In this document: positions 51,382 through 57,929 of the stretch, in pieces
Layout: every line of letters starts with the position of its first letter
Position numbering within the stretch: the first letter of the stretch is position 1
NCBI GenBank assembly: GCA_035632415.1
Contig: DASQGW010000132.1
Coordinates: 2,563 to 66,562 of the forward strand
DNA length: 64,000 bases
From: Burkholderiales bacterium
GTDB lineage: Bacteria; Pseudomonadota; Gammaproteobacteria; Burkholderiales; SG8-39
Direction: 5' to 3'
Notes under the pieces: generated by a model
What the model was told of the DNA's origin: nothing
Databases searched by the model: none
Seen by the model: the letters and a program-made list of their open reading frames with translations, nothing else
Program-made: the position numbers and the translations under genes

Positions 51382-52474
51382 AGATGCCCTCCGGCAGCAG
51401 CGCGCTGACGGTCACGTTCGGAACATCGACGACGTTGCTCACGCGCAGGTCCACCGCGACGCTGCAGATGACGTAGGCCTGCTCCTTCGTCCAGCCGCGC
51501 TCCTGGAGGAGCTCGATCATGTTGATGACCGCGTTCTTCGCGGCGAGCGAGAGGTCGCAGCTTTCGTTCTTCCCCTCGGGCGTGATCGGCATCCCCATCG
51601 TGGCGATGAAGTTCCGCGGCGCGGCGATTTCCGGCGGCTGGAAGAAGCCCGGATGCGAGAAGCGCGGCCAGACGATGCGCTTGGCAGCGGCCTCGCCCTT
51701 GTGGATCCTGAAGCGCACGACGCACGTCGCGCCCATCTCGATCGCCGTGCCGCAGCACTCGGAGTCGCCTTGTGCGAAGTGCGCGTCGCCCGCCGAGTAA
51801 AGACCGCCGTCGACCGCGACCGGGATGAAGAGGCGCGATCCTTTGGTGAGCTGCTTGATGTCGGCGTTGCCGCAGTTCTCGCGCGGCGGGATCGTACGCA
51901 GGCCTTCCGAGCCCACGCTGGGTGGAAAGGCGTTTTCGGGATCCGGCGGCCAGACGCGCCCGCCGCGCGCCTTCAGCTCCGCCTCGCGCGAGGCCCACTT
52001 CTTCAGCTGCTCGTGCGATGGGGCGAGCCCGGCCGTGCCCATGAACGCACCGTTCGGGATGCGCACGCCGGGAAGCTGCGGGCTGGTCGCGTACTGCGGC
52101 GTGATGTCCCAGTGCGCGACGAAGTGGTAGTCGAAGAGCTCGGGCAGGAACGCGCCGTTCGGCGCGAAGCGCGTCCAGCCGTACTTCTCGGGCACGATGT
52201 CGAGGTACTCGATCTCCAGCAGGTCGCCCGGCTTCGCGCCCTTCACGTAGACCGGGCCGGTCAGCGGGTGGGCCACGTTCCTTTGCAGCTTTTCCAGGTC
52301 GCTCGCGACCGTGTGGGGGCCGATCTGCAGGTCGTTCGCGTCGCGGGTCTCTAGGGCGACATCCTCGCCGGGCGCCACTTCGACGATGGCCGGGATATCG
52401 GGATGCCAGCGGTTGTGCCCGGTGTGCGGCTCCTCGCGCAGGCGCTTCTTTCGGTCGATGCGGACGGTCTTCAT
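51356..52474 (-). CDS. acetamidase/formamidase family protein
   Basis: Starts MKTVRIDRKKRLREEPHTGHNRWHPDIP. Contains ...NCGNADIKQL... and ...GDAHFAQGDSECCGTAIE, which are FmdA/AmdA family hallmarks. Confidence 0.9.
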   Translation of the reverse strand: MKTVRIDRKKRLREEPHTGHNRWHPDIPAIVEVAPGEDVALETRDANDLQIGPHTVASDLEKLQRNVAHPLTGPVYVKGAKPGDLLEIEYLDIVPEKYGWTRFAPNGAFLPELFDYHFVAHWDITPQYATSPQLPGVRIPNGAFMGTAGLAPSHEQLKKWASREAELKARGGRVWPPDPENAFPPSVGSEGLRTIPPRENCGNADIKQLTKGSRLFIPVAVDGGLYSAGDAHFAQGDSECCGTAIEMGATCVVRFRIHKGEAAAKRIVWPRFSHPGFFQPPEIAAPRNFIATMGMPITPEGKNESCDLSLAAKNAVINMIELLQERGWTKEQAYVICSVAVDLRVSNVVDVPNVTVSALLPEGIFTSMRGAG

Positions 52475-52488
52475 CCCACCATTTTGCT

Positions 52489-52515
52489 GAATTCCGGACA
52501 ACGTCCTTAATTATT
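52489..52515 (+). repeat. 27-bp palindromic repeat, copy b (forward)
   Basis: Sequence gaattccggacaacgtccttaattatt. Confidence 0.9.
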
Positions 52516-52524
52516 CTGGCGAGC

Positions 52525-52548
52525 TATATTTGCAGCGGGGAGGAAATG
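52525..52548 (+). promoter_or_regulatory. conserved TATAyT-GCAGCGG-GGAGG-ATG module following repeat copy b
   Basis: tatatttgcagcggggaggaaatg resembles atatactcgcagcggagggaatg at 54451-54473, which lies upstream of the substrate-binding-protein (SBP) gene. Interpreting it as -10 plus SD plus start is inference. Confidence 0.35.
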
Positions 52549-52612
52549 CCGGTGTCTGCCGGTCGAGGATCGCGCGCCCGATCGCGCGGACGAGCGATAT
52601 CCGGCCTGATCG

Positions 52613-52639
52613 AATAATTAAGGACGTTGTCCGGAATTC
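52613..52639 (-). repeat. 27-bp palindromic repeat, copy c (reverse)
   Basis: aataattaaggacgttgtccggaattc is the exact reverse complement of copy b. Confidence 0.9.
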
Positions 52640-52640
52640 C

Positions 52641-53534
52641 ATGATCCAGCGCTGGTTCGGGTTCCTGCGCCTCACCTACGCGGAGATGATCGCGCCGCTC
52701 GTCGTCGCGCTCGCCGCAGCGGGTGCGCTCGCCGTCATGCTGATCACTTGGGGACCGACGTGGGTGCCCCCGGAGTGGGCGCTGCTCACGCCGGCCATCG
52801 CCGTCATCGGGGCGAACTTCTGGGGCTGGACGGCGAGCTTCCGGCGCCTGCGCGCGCTCGAGGACGTGCCGCGCTCGCACATCGGCACTTGCGCGCAGGG
52901 CTACGCACGGCTGGAAGGACGCGCCGCTGTCTTCCCCGGCAAGCCGCTCCTCGCGCCGGTGTCCCAGCAAGCGTGCTGCTGGTATCGATACGAGCTGGTG
53001 ACTTTCGACGCCGAAGGCCACGCGCACACCGAGGCGAAGGAAGAGACCGAATGGTCCTTCGCCATGCGCGACGAGACGGCGGAGTGCATCGTCGATCCGG
53101 CCGGCGCGCAGATCTTCCCGGTGCGCGTGCAGAGCTACCGCGACAAGAGCCAGCACTGGACCGAGCACGCGATCTTCCCGGGCGACCCGATCTGCGTCGT
53201 CGGCCAGTTCACCACCGCGATCTCGGGCGTGAGCGAAGCGGAGATCGAGTTCCGCGTCGGCCAGCTCCTCGCCGAGTGGAAGCGCCACCGCCAGTACACC
53301 GAAGCCGAATGGGACGGCGTGCGTGCGCAGGCGCGGCGCGAGGTCGAGGCGGCGATGGTGCGCGAGCCGCCGCAGAACCGGATCGAGAAGCCGTCGGACG
53401 ACCGGCCCTTCATCATCACCGCCGAGGCGCGCGACGACCTCGAGCGCGACCTCCTCATCTGGGCGTGGATCCACGCCTCGTGCTTCGTCGGCGGCGTCGC
53501 GATGCTGGCCTGGCTGTATTTCCGCTTCCTTTGA
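52641..53534 (+). CDS. membrane protein, GIDE-like (tentative)
   Basis: Starts MIQRWFGFLRLTYAEM. Two N-terminal transmembrane segments and one C-terminal segment flank a central soluble domain (...GYARLEGRA...CCWYRYEL...). The family assignment comes from remembered architecture only. Confidence 0.7.
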   Translation: MIQRWFGFLRLTYAEMIAPLVVALAAAGALAVMLITWGPTWVPPEWALLTPAIAVIGANFWGWTASFRRLRALEDVPRSHIGTCAQGYARLEGRAAVFPGKPLLAPVSQQACCWYRYELVTFDAEGHAHTEAKEETEWSFAMRDETAECIVDPAGAQIFPVRVQSYRDKSQHWTEHAIFPGDPICVVGQFTTAISGVSEAEIEFRVGQLLAEWKRHRQYTEAEWDGVRAQARREVEAAMVREPPQNRIEKPSDDRPFIITAEARDDLERDLLIWAWIHASCFVGGVAMLAWLYFRFL

Positions 53535-53546
53535 GAGAGTCCTCCC

Positions 53547-53576
53547 GTCGTCCCCGCGCAGGCGGGGACCCCGTTT
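53547..53576 (+). repeat. left 30-bp inverted repeat (self-hairpin) flanking GIY-YIG remnant
   Basis: gtcgtccccgcgcaggcggggaccccgttt contains an internal hairpin, tccccgc-gcag-gcgggga. Confidence 0.85.
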
Positions 53577-53582
53577 AGAAAA

Positions 53583-53785
53583 TTAGAAAGCCTGTGCGGA
53601 GAGGTCTTTCCATTCGGGATTCATCTCCTCGATGAGCCGGATCTTCCATGCGCGGTTCCACTTCTTGAGTCGCTTCTCTCTCCGCTGCGATGCGCCTCGA
53701 TGCGAGCGGCCAGATTGCCTGTTACGCCTATGTACAGCGTTCCATAGGGTTCGCTGGCATTTGGGGAGCAACGCACTCGTGTCGA
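53583..53785 (-). pseudogene. GIY-YIG nuclease family gene remnant (internal deletion + frameshift)
   Basis: Two frames each hold part of the family sequence:
- One frame gives ...ASEPYGTLYIGVTGNLAARIEAHRSGE, the GIY-YIG N-terminal motif.
- A different frame gives REKRLKKWNRAWKIRLIEEMNPEWKDL, the family C-terminus.
- The roughly 35 aa normally found between them are missing. Confidence 0.6.
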
Positions 53786-53809
53786 CGGGCGTTGACCCTA
53801 AAAAAAGAC

Positions 53810-53839
53810 AAACGGGGTCCCCGCCTTCGCGGGGACGAC
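53810..53839 (-). repeat. right 30-bp inverted repeat flanking GIY-YIG remnant
   Basis: aaacggggtccccgccttcgcggggacgac is the reverse complement of the left repeat with one mismatch. Confidence 0.85.
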
Positions 53840-53852
53840 CATCGAAGCGTCC

Positions 53853-54389
53853 CTAGTCGAAACGCAGGAGCTCGCGCTCGCCGAAGCCGAAGGCGCGAGC
53901 GACGATCAGCTCCGGGAACTGCTCGACGCGCGTATTGTTGATGTTGACGCTGTCGTTGTAGAACTCGCGCCGGTCGGCGATGGCGTTCTCGAGCTCGGTG
54001 ATGCGCCGCTGGAGCTGGAGGAAGTTCTCGTTCGCCTTGAGCTCGGGATAGGCTTCGGCCAGGACGAAGATCCGCGCCACGCCGGCGCGCAGCGCGGCCT
54101 CCGCCGGGCCGAGCGCGGCCATGTCCTGCGCCTCGCGCGCCTGCGCCACGCGCGTGCGCGCTTCGGCCACCCGCACCAGCGTGTCGCGCTCGAAGTCGCG
54201 GTAGGCCTTGCACACTTCGACGAGGCGCGGGATCTCGTCGTGCCGCTGCTTGAGGAGCACGTCGATGTTGGCCCACGCCCGCGCCACGTTGTTCTTCACC
54301 GTGACAAGTCCGTTGTAGACCATGATGGCCTGGACGATGGCCACCACCGCCACCGCAGCGAGCACCACCAGCAGGACCTGTCCGACCAT
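53853..54389 (-). CDS. LemA family protein
   Basis: Starts MVGQVLLVVLAAVAVVAIVQAIMVYNGLV, a transmembrane segment. Then ...NIDVLLKQRHDEIPRLVE...FYNDSVNINNTRVEQFP... follows, which is the LemA signature. Confidence 0.85.
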   Translation of the reverse strand: MVGQVLLVVLAAVAVVAIVQAIMVYNGLVTVKNNVARAWANIDVLLKQRHDEIPRLVEVCKAYRDFERDTLVRVAEARTRVAQAREAQDMAALGPAEAALRAGVARIFVLAEAYPELKANENFLQLQRRITELENAIADRREFYNDSVNINNTRVEQFPELIVARAFGFGERELLRFD

Positions 54390-54406
54390 GCGGGGCGAAG
54401 CGTACC

Positions 54407-54433
54407 GAATTCCGGACGACGTCCTTAATTTTT
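54407..54433 (+). repeat. 27-bp palindromic repeat, copy d (forward)
   Basis: gaattccggacgacgtccttaattttt has 2 mismatches to copy b. Confidence 0.9.
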
Positions 54434-54450
54434 CGATTCCTGAGGCGGGC

Positions 54451-54473
54451 ATATACTCGCAGCGGAGGGAATG
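54451..54473 (+). promoter_or_regulatory. conserved TATAyT-GCAGCGG-GGAGG-ATG module upstream of SBP gene
   Basis: atatactcgcagcggagggaatg ends in the ATG of the 54471 CDS and is similar to 52525-52548. Confidence 0.35.
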
Positions 54474-55472
54474 AATGGGCGGCATCCAATAAGAATTACG
54501 TACTTGGTACGAAACTTCCTGTTGCTGGTCCTCCTCGCCCCGCTCGCTGCGGTGGCACAGCAGCCCAAGATCTACCGCATCGCGGTCCTCGAGCGCGATG
54601 CTTCCGGACAGACCGGGCCGAACTTCGCCGCCCTGAGGCAAGGGTTCCGGGAGCTCGGCTACGTCGAGGGCCGGAACATCGCCATCGGCTACCGCGCGAG
54701 CGATGGCGACGACGCCCGCTACCCGGCGCTCTGCGCGGACGCCGTGAAGCTCGAGGCGGATCTCATCGTCGTGCGCGGCGCGGCCGGAGCCGCGGCGTGC
54801 CGCAAGGCGACGAGCTCGATCCCCATCATCTTCACCGGCGTGGCCGACCCGGTGGCGCGCGGGCTGGTGGCGGACGTCGGGCGCCCCGGCGGCAACGTCA
54901 CCGGGATCATGTTCCCCTCGGGGCCGATCGTGACGGCAGCGCGCCTCGAGCTCCTGAGACAGGTGTTCCCGAAGATCACGCGCATCGCGGCGATGATGAA
55001 CCTGGGCGGGCCCGAGCTCGGACGCGCCCGCCAGCAGCTCGAAAGCGCGGGCCGCGACTTCGGCATCAGCGTGGAGGTCTTCGACGTGCGCTCTCTGGTC
55101 GACTTGCGGACTGCGTTCGCGCAGGCCGCGAACGAGCGGCTCGAGGCCGTCTATGTGGTGGGCGATGCCCTGATGGAAGCGAACCGCAAGCTCGTCGGCG
55201 ATCTCGGCCTCAGGCACGGCCTGCCCACGATGACCGCGGAATCGAGTTTCGTGGAAGCGGGGAGCCTTCTTTCCTACGGGACCGACACCTCAGCGCAGTA
55301 CAAGCGCGTGCCGGCCATCGCCGACCGGATCTTCAGGGGCGGCAAGCCGGCCGAGATCCCGGTGGAGCGACCCACGCTCTTCAGCGTGGCGGTGAACCTG
55401 AAGACCGCCAAGGCGCTCGGCGCGAGGGTGCCGAGGTACGTGCTCTCGCGCGCCGACCGTGTAATCCAATAA
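54471..55472 (+). CDS. ABC transporter substrate-binding protein (COG2984/ABC_sub_bind-like), orphan
   Basis: Has a signal peptide. Contains ...KIYRIAVLE...LRQGFRELGYVEGRNI.., ...PIIFTGVADPV..GLV....PGGNVTG and C-terminal ...NLKTAKALG. There are no adjacent permease or ATPase genes. The TAA stop lies inside repeat copy e. Confidence 0.85.
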   Translation: MNGRHPIRITYLVRNFLLLVLLAPLAAVAQQPKIYRIAVLERDASGQTGPNFAALRQGFRELGYVEGRNIAIGYRASDGDDARYPALCADAVKLEADLIVVRGAAGAAACRKATSSIPIIFTGVADPVARGLVADVGRPGGNVTGIMFPSGPIVTAARLELLRQVFPKITRIAAMMNLGGPELGRARQQLESAGRDFGISVEVFDVRSLVDLRTAFAQAANERLEAVYVVGDALMEANRKLVGDLGLRHGLPTMTAESSFVEAGSLLSYGTDTSAQYKRVPAIADRIFRGGKPAEIPVERPTLFSVAVNLKTAKALGARVPRYVLSRADRVIQ

Positions 55473-55494
55473 TTAAGGACGTTGTCCGGAATTC
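55468..55494 (-). repeat. 27-bp palindromic repeat, copy e (reverse)
   Basis: aataattaaggacgttgtccggaattc is identical to copy c. Confidence 0.9.
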
Positions 55495-55495
55495 A

Positions 55496-55702
55496 CTAGC
55501 GCCGGCCGGCGGCGACGCGCCGCACGTCCTCGTCGGTGATGAGGTCCACCAGGCGGAGGAAGATGTTGCGCGGCAGCTCGTGCTGGCTTTCCCAGGCCGA
55601 GAAGTCGTGCTCGCTCGCGCCGAGGAAGGTGCGCACCTTTTCCTCGCCGCCGAGGATCTCGGTGGCGCGCTTCAGCGCGCGAGTATGGATGTCATGAAGC
55701 AC
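55496..55702 (-). CDS. small hypothetical protein (68 aa)
   Basis: The ORF sits between repeat copies e and f. No family was recognised, and a vague resemblance to antitoxin-type helical domains is not supported. Confidence 0.45.
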   Translation of the reverse strand: MLHDIHTRALKRATEILGGEEKVRTFLGASEHDFSAWESQHELPRNIFLRLVDLITDEDVRRVAAGRR

Positions 55703-55835
55703 GAGCCCTCCCCAGAGCTGTGTTCAACAGTTCGATGCGTGGAATTGAAACGAGCGCACGAAGAATGCATCGCGCCGCGCGCGGCGTCAATGACTCGCAA
55801 TGAAAAAATATTTTTCGTTGCTCCGGCGCTACTTC

Positions 55836-55862
55836 AGATTCCGGACAACGTCCTTGATTCTT
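55836..55862 (+). repeat. 27-bp palindromic repeat, copy f (forward, degenerate)
   Basis: Sequence agattccggacaacgtccttgattctt. Confidence 0.8.
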
Positions 55863-55912
55863 GAGCGGCATCAAATTGCGCCGGAGGCAGCACTTGCTTA
55901 CTCCGCGCCGCC

Positions 55913-56308
55913 ATGGACGATCGTTCGTTGTGGCAGCTCCTCGCGGCGAATGCGGCAGCGCTTGCTATCGCCTGGGCGCTGGACCTCTCGATCGGCAGCG
56001 TCGTGATCGGCGCCATGCAGGTCATCCGCATCGCAAGGCTCCGCCGGTTCGTGCCCGACCTCGGTGCTCCACCTGGTCTATCTCATCTTCATCCTGGTCG
56101 CCACGGGAGGGAACGTCGGCGATCCTTTCGCGCTCCTTGCATGCGGCGCCGCCTTTCTCCTGCATCACGCGCTTAAGCTGCGGCCATGATCCTGACGGGC
56201 GCGATTTTCTGGGGTGACGCGGGTCCTGGGGGATGCTGCTCTTCGGCGCGCTCAAGACCCTCGCCGACGCGCTGATGCAATTCCGTACCAAGTACGGAAC
56301 TCGATAAT
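55913..56308 (+). pseudogene. frameshifted small multi-TM membrane protein gene
   Basis: Hydrophobic segments continue across at least three frames: ...LAIAWALDLSIGSVVIGAM..., then VLHLVYLIFILVATGGNVGDPFALLACGAAFLL..., then MLLFGALKTLADAL... No single frame is open across the region. Confidence 0.4.
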
Positions 56309-56329
56309 TAAGGACGTCGTCCGGAATTC
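56303..56329 (-). repeat. 27-bp palindromic repeat, copy g (reverse)
   Basis: Sequence gataattaaggacgtcgtccggaattc. Confidence 0.85.
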
Positions 56330-56434
56330 GCGACATCCTGCGAAATGACGTGCGGGTGAACGTCTACAACTTCTGACATGGACCCGTATTCGCAGGTACG
56401 CTACGCTGCCAGCGTCAATCTAGGGGAGACGGCG

Positions 56435-57046
56435 ATGAAAAAGATATTGGTTCTGTTGGCGGCGCTCGCGGCCTCGAGCGCCGCGCATGCAATCGGCATC
56501 GGCGCGAAGGTCGGCACCACCGGCATCGGCGGCGACATCGCGATGAGCGTATTTCCGCTCGTCGATGCGCGCGTGGGCTGGGCGGGCGGCAGCATCAGCC
56601 GCACCTACAGCACCTCCGGCGCGAGCTACGACGGGAAGATCAAGCTCAATAACCTGAATGCGCTCCTCGACTTCCACCCGCTCGGGCCATCGTTTCGCCT
56701 CACCGGCGGCGTGATCTTCAACGACAACAAGTACGACGCCACCGGCACGCCGAGCGGCATCCCGGGCAGCTTCAATGCCAGCGTGAAGGGCAACAGCGCC
56801 GCGCCTTACCTCGGCGTGGGCTGGGGCCGCGTCGCCGGCATGGGCGTCAACTTCTATGCCGATCTCGGCGCGATGTTCATGGGCAGCCCCAAGGCGACGA
56901 TCAACGCCAACTGCTCCGGACTCTCCGGGGCCCAGTGCACGGCGCTCCAGAACCAGGCCGCGACCGAGCAGTCGGCGCTGCAGGACAAGCTGAACAGCTT
57001 CAAGATCTATCCAGTCCTCAGCATCGGCCTGACGATCGGCTTCTAG
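56435..57046 (+). CDS. outer-membrane beta-barrel protein
   Basis: Starts MKKILVLLAALAASSAAHA, a signal peptide, with a GGGGAG SD. Shows an alternating beta-strand pattern and a C-terminal ...LSIGLTIGF ending in Phe. Confidence 0.75.
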   Translation: MKKILVLLAALAASSAAHAIGIGAKVGTTGIGGDIAMSVFPLVDARVGWAGGSISRTYSTSGASYDGKIKLNNLNALLDFHPLGPSFRLTGGVIFNDNKYDATGTPSGIPGSFNASVKGNSAAPYLGVGWGRVAGMGVNFYADLGAMFMGSPKATINANCSGLSGAQCTALQNQAATEQSALQDKLNSFKIYPVLSIGLTIGF

Positions 57047-57048
57047 AT

Positions 57049-57825
57049 ATGTGGGCAGTCCTCCGGGCGGGCGCGCTCGCCCTCTGCTTTCCCGCGCTCG
57101 TCTTCGCGCAGGCCGCATCTCAACCCACTTCTGCACACAAGTTCGAGCCGGCGGTCGGCCAGCCCGGCAAAGACGTCGTCTGGGTGCCGACGCCGCAGGT
57201 GGTGGTCGACAACATGCTCGATACGGCGAAGGTCACGCCGGCCGATTTCGTGATGGATCTCGGCTCGGGCGACGGCCGCACGGTGATCACCGCCGCGAAG
57301 CGCGGCGCCCGCGCCCTCGGCATCGAATACAACCCCAACATGGTCGCGCTCTCGCGCGAGAACGCCAAGGCCGCCGGCGTCACCTCGCGCGCCGAGTTCC
57401 AGCAGGCCGATCTCTTCAAGACCGACCTCTCCAGGGCGACCGTGATCACGATGTTCCTGCTGCCGGAGATCAACAAGAAGCTGCGGCCCGCGATCCTGAA
57501 GCTGAAGCCCGGCACGCGCGTCGTGTCGAACACGTTCACCATGGGCGACTGGCAGCCCGACGAGACGCATACGGTGGCGGGCTGCGAAAGCTCGTGGTGC
57601 ACCGTGCTCTTCTGGGTCGTGCCGGCGCAAGTGGCGGGCAGCTACAAGACGAAGGCGGGCGACCTGATCCTCAAGCAGGAATTCCAGATGCTGCACGGCA
57701 CGCTCACCGCCGACGACCGCACCGTGCCGGTGGCCGGCAAGGTGCTCGGCGAGGACATCACGCTCAAGTCGGGGAGCCAAACCTACCGGGGCCGCAAGAA
57801 CGGCAACACGCTCGAGCTGCTCTGA
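57049..57825 (+). CDS. class I SAM-dependent methyltransferase with N-terminal signal/anchor sequence
   Basis: MWAVLRAGALALCFPALVFAQAAS looks like a signal peptide. SAM motif I is VMDLGSGDGRTVI. Begins 3 nt after the outer-membrane-protein stop. Confidence 0.75.
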   Translation: MWAVLRAGALALCFPALVFAQAASQPTSAHKFEPAVGQPGKDVVWVPTPQVVVDNMLDTAKVTPADFVMDLGSGDGRTVITAAKRGARALGIEYNPNMVALSRENAKAAGVTSRAEFQQADLFKTDLSRATVITMFLLPEINKKLRPAILKLKPGTRVVSNTFTMGDWQPDETHTVAGCESSWCTVLFWVVPAQVAGSYKTKAGDLILKQEFQMLHGTLTADDRTVPVAGKVLGEDITLKSGSQTYRGRKNGNTLELL

Positions 57826-57929
57826 TTCGAGGTAGCGGGCGCCGCGATAGGCAGTCCCTCGGCCGACGCCATCGGCACAGCGGTTGCAAGCAGGTGGGGC
57901 GCAAGTCCACCACCACGGAGGTTTCACCC

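Noticed and set aside
52546-52617. 23-codon ORF (MPVSAGRGSRARSRGRAISGLIE) as a genuine small protein or leader peptide
   Set aside because: It has an SD and an ATG, but it is more simply explained as the collapsed remnant of an SBP cassette. I kept it as a finding rather than a feature, because I cannot support translation from sequence alone.
53583-53771. 62-aa ORF as an intact gene
   Set aside because: Only its C-terminal half resembles GIY-YIG family proteins. The matching N-terminal motif is in another frame further upstream, so I treat it as a pseudogene fragment.
55692-55874. 60-aa minus-strand ORF spanning repeat copy f
   Set aside because: It crosses a repeat element and an AT-rich promoter-like stretch, has no SD, and has no recognisable features.
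52489-56329. Integron gene cassettes / attC sites for the paired 27-bp repeats
   Set aside because: There is no intI integrase or attI nearby. The repeats lack the RYYYAAC/GTTRRRY core sites and the extrahelical-base architecture of attC. Cassette orientation and the internal promoter-like modules do not fit integron logic.
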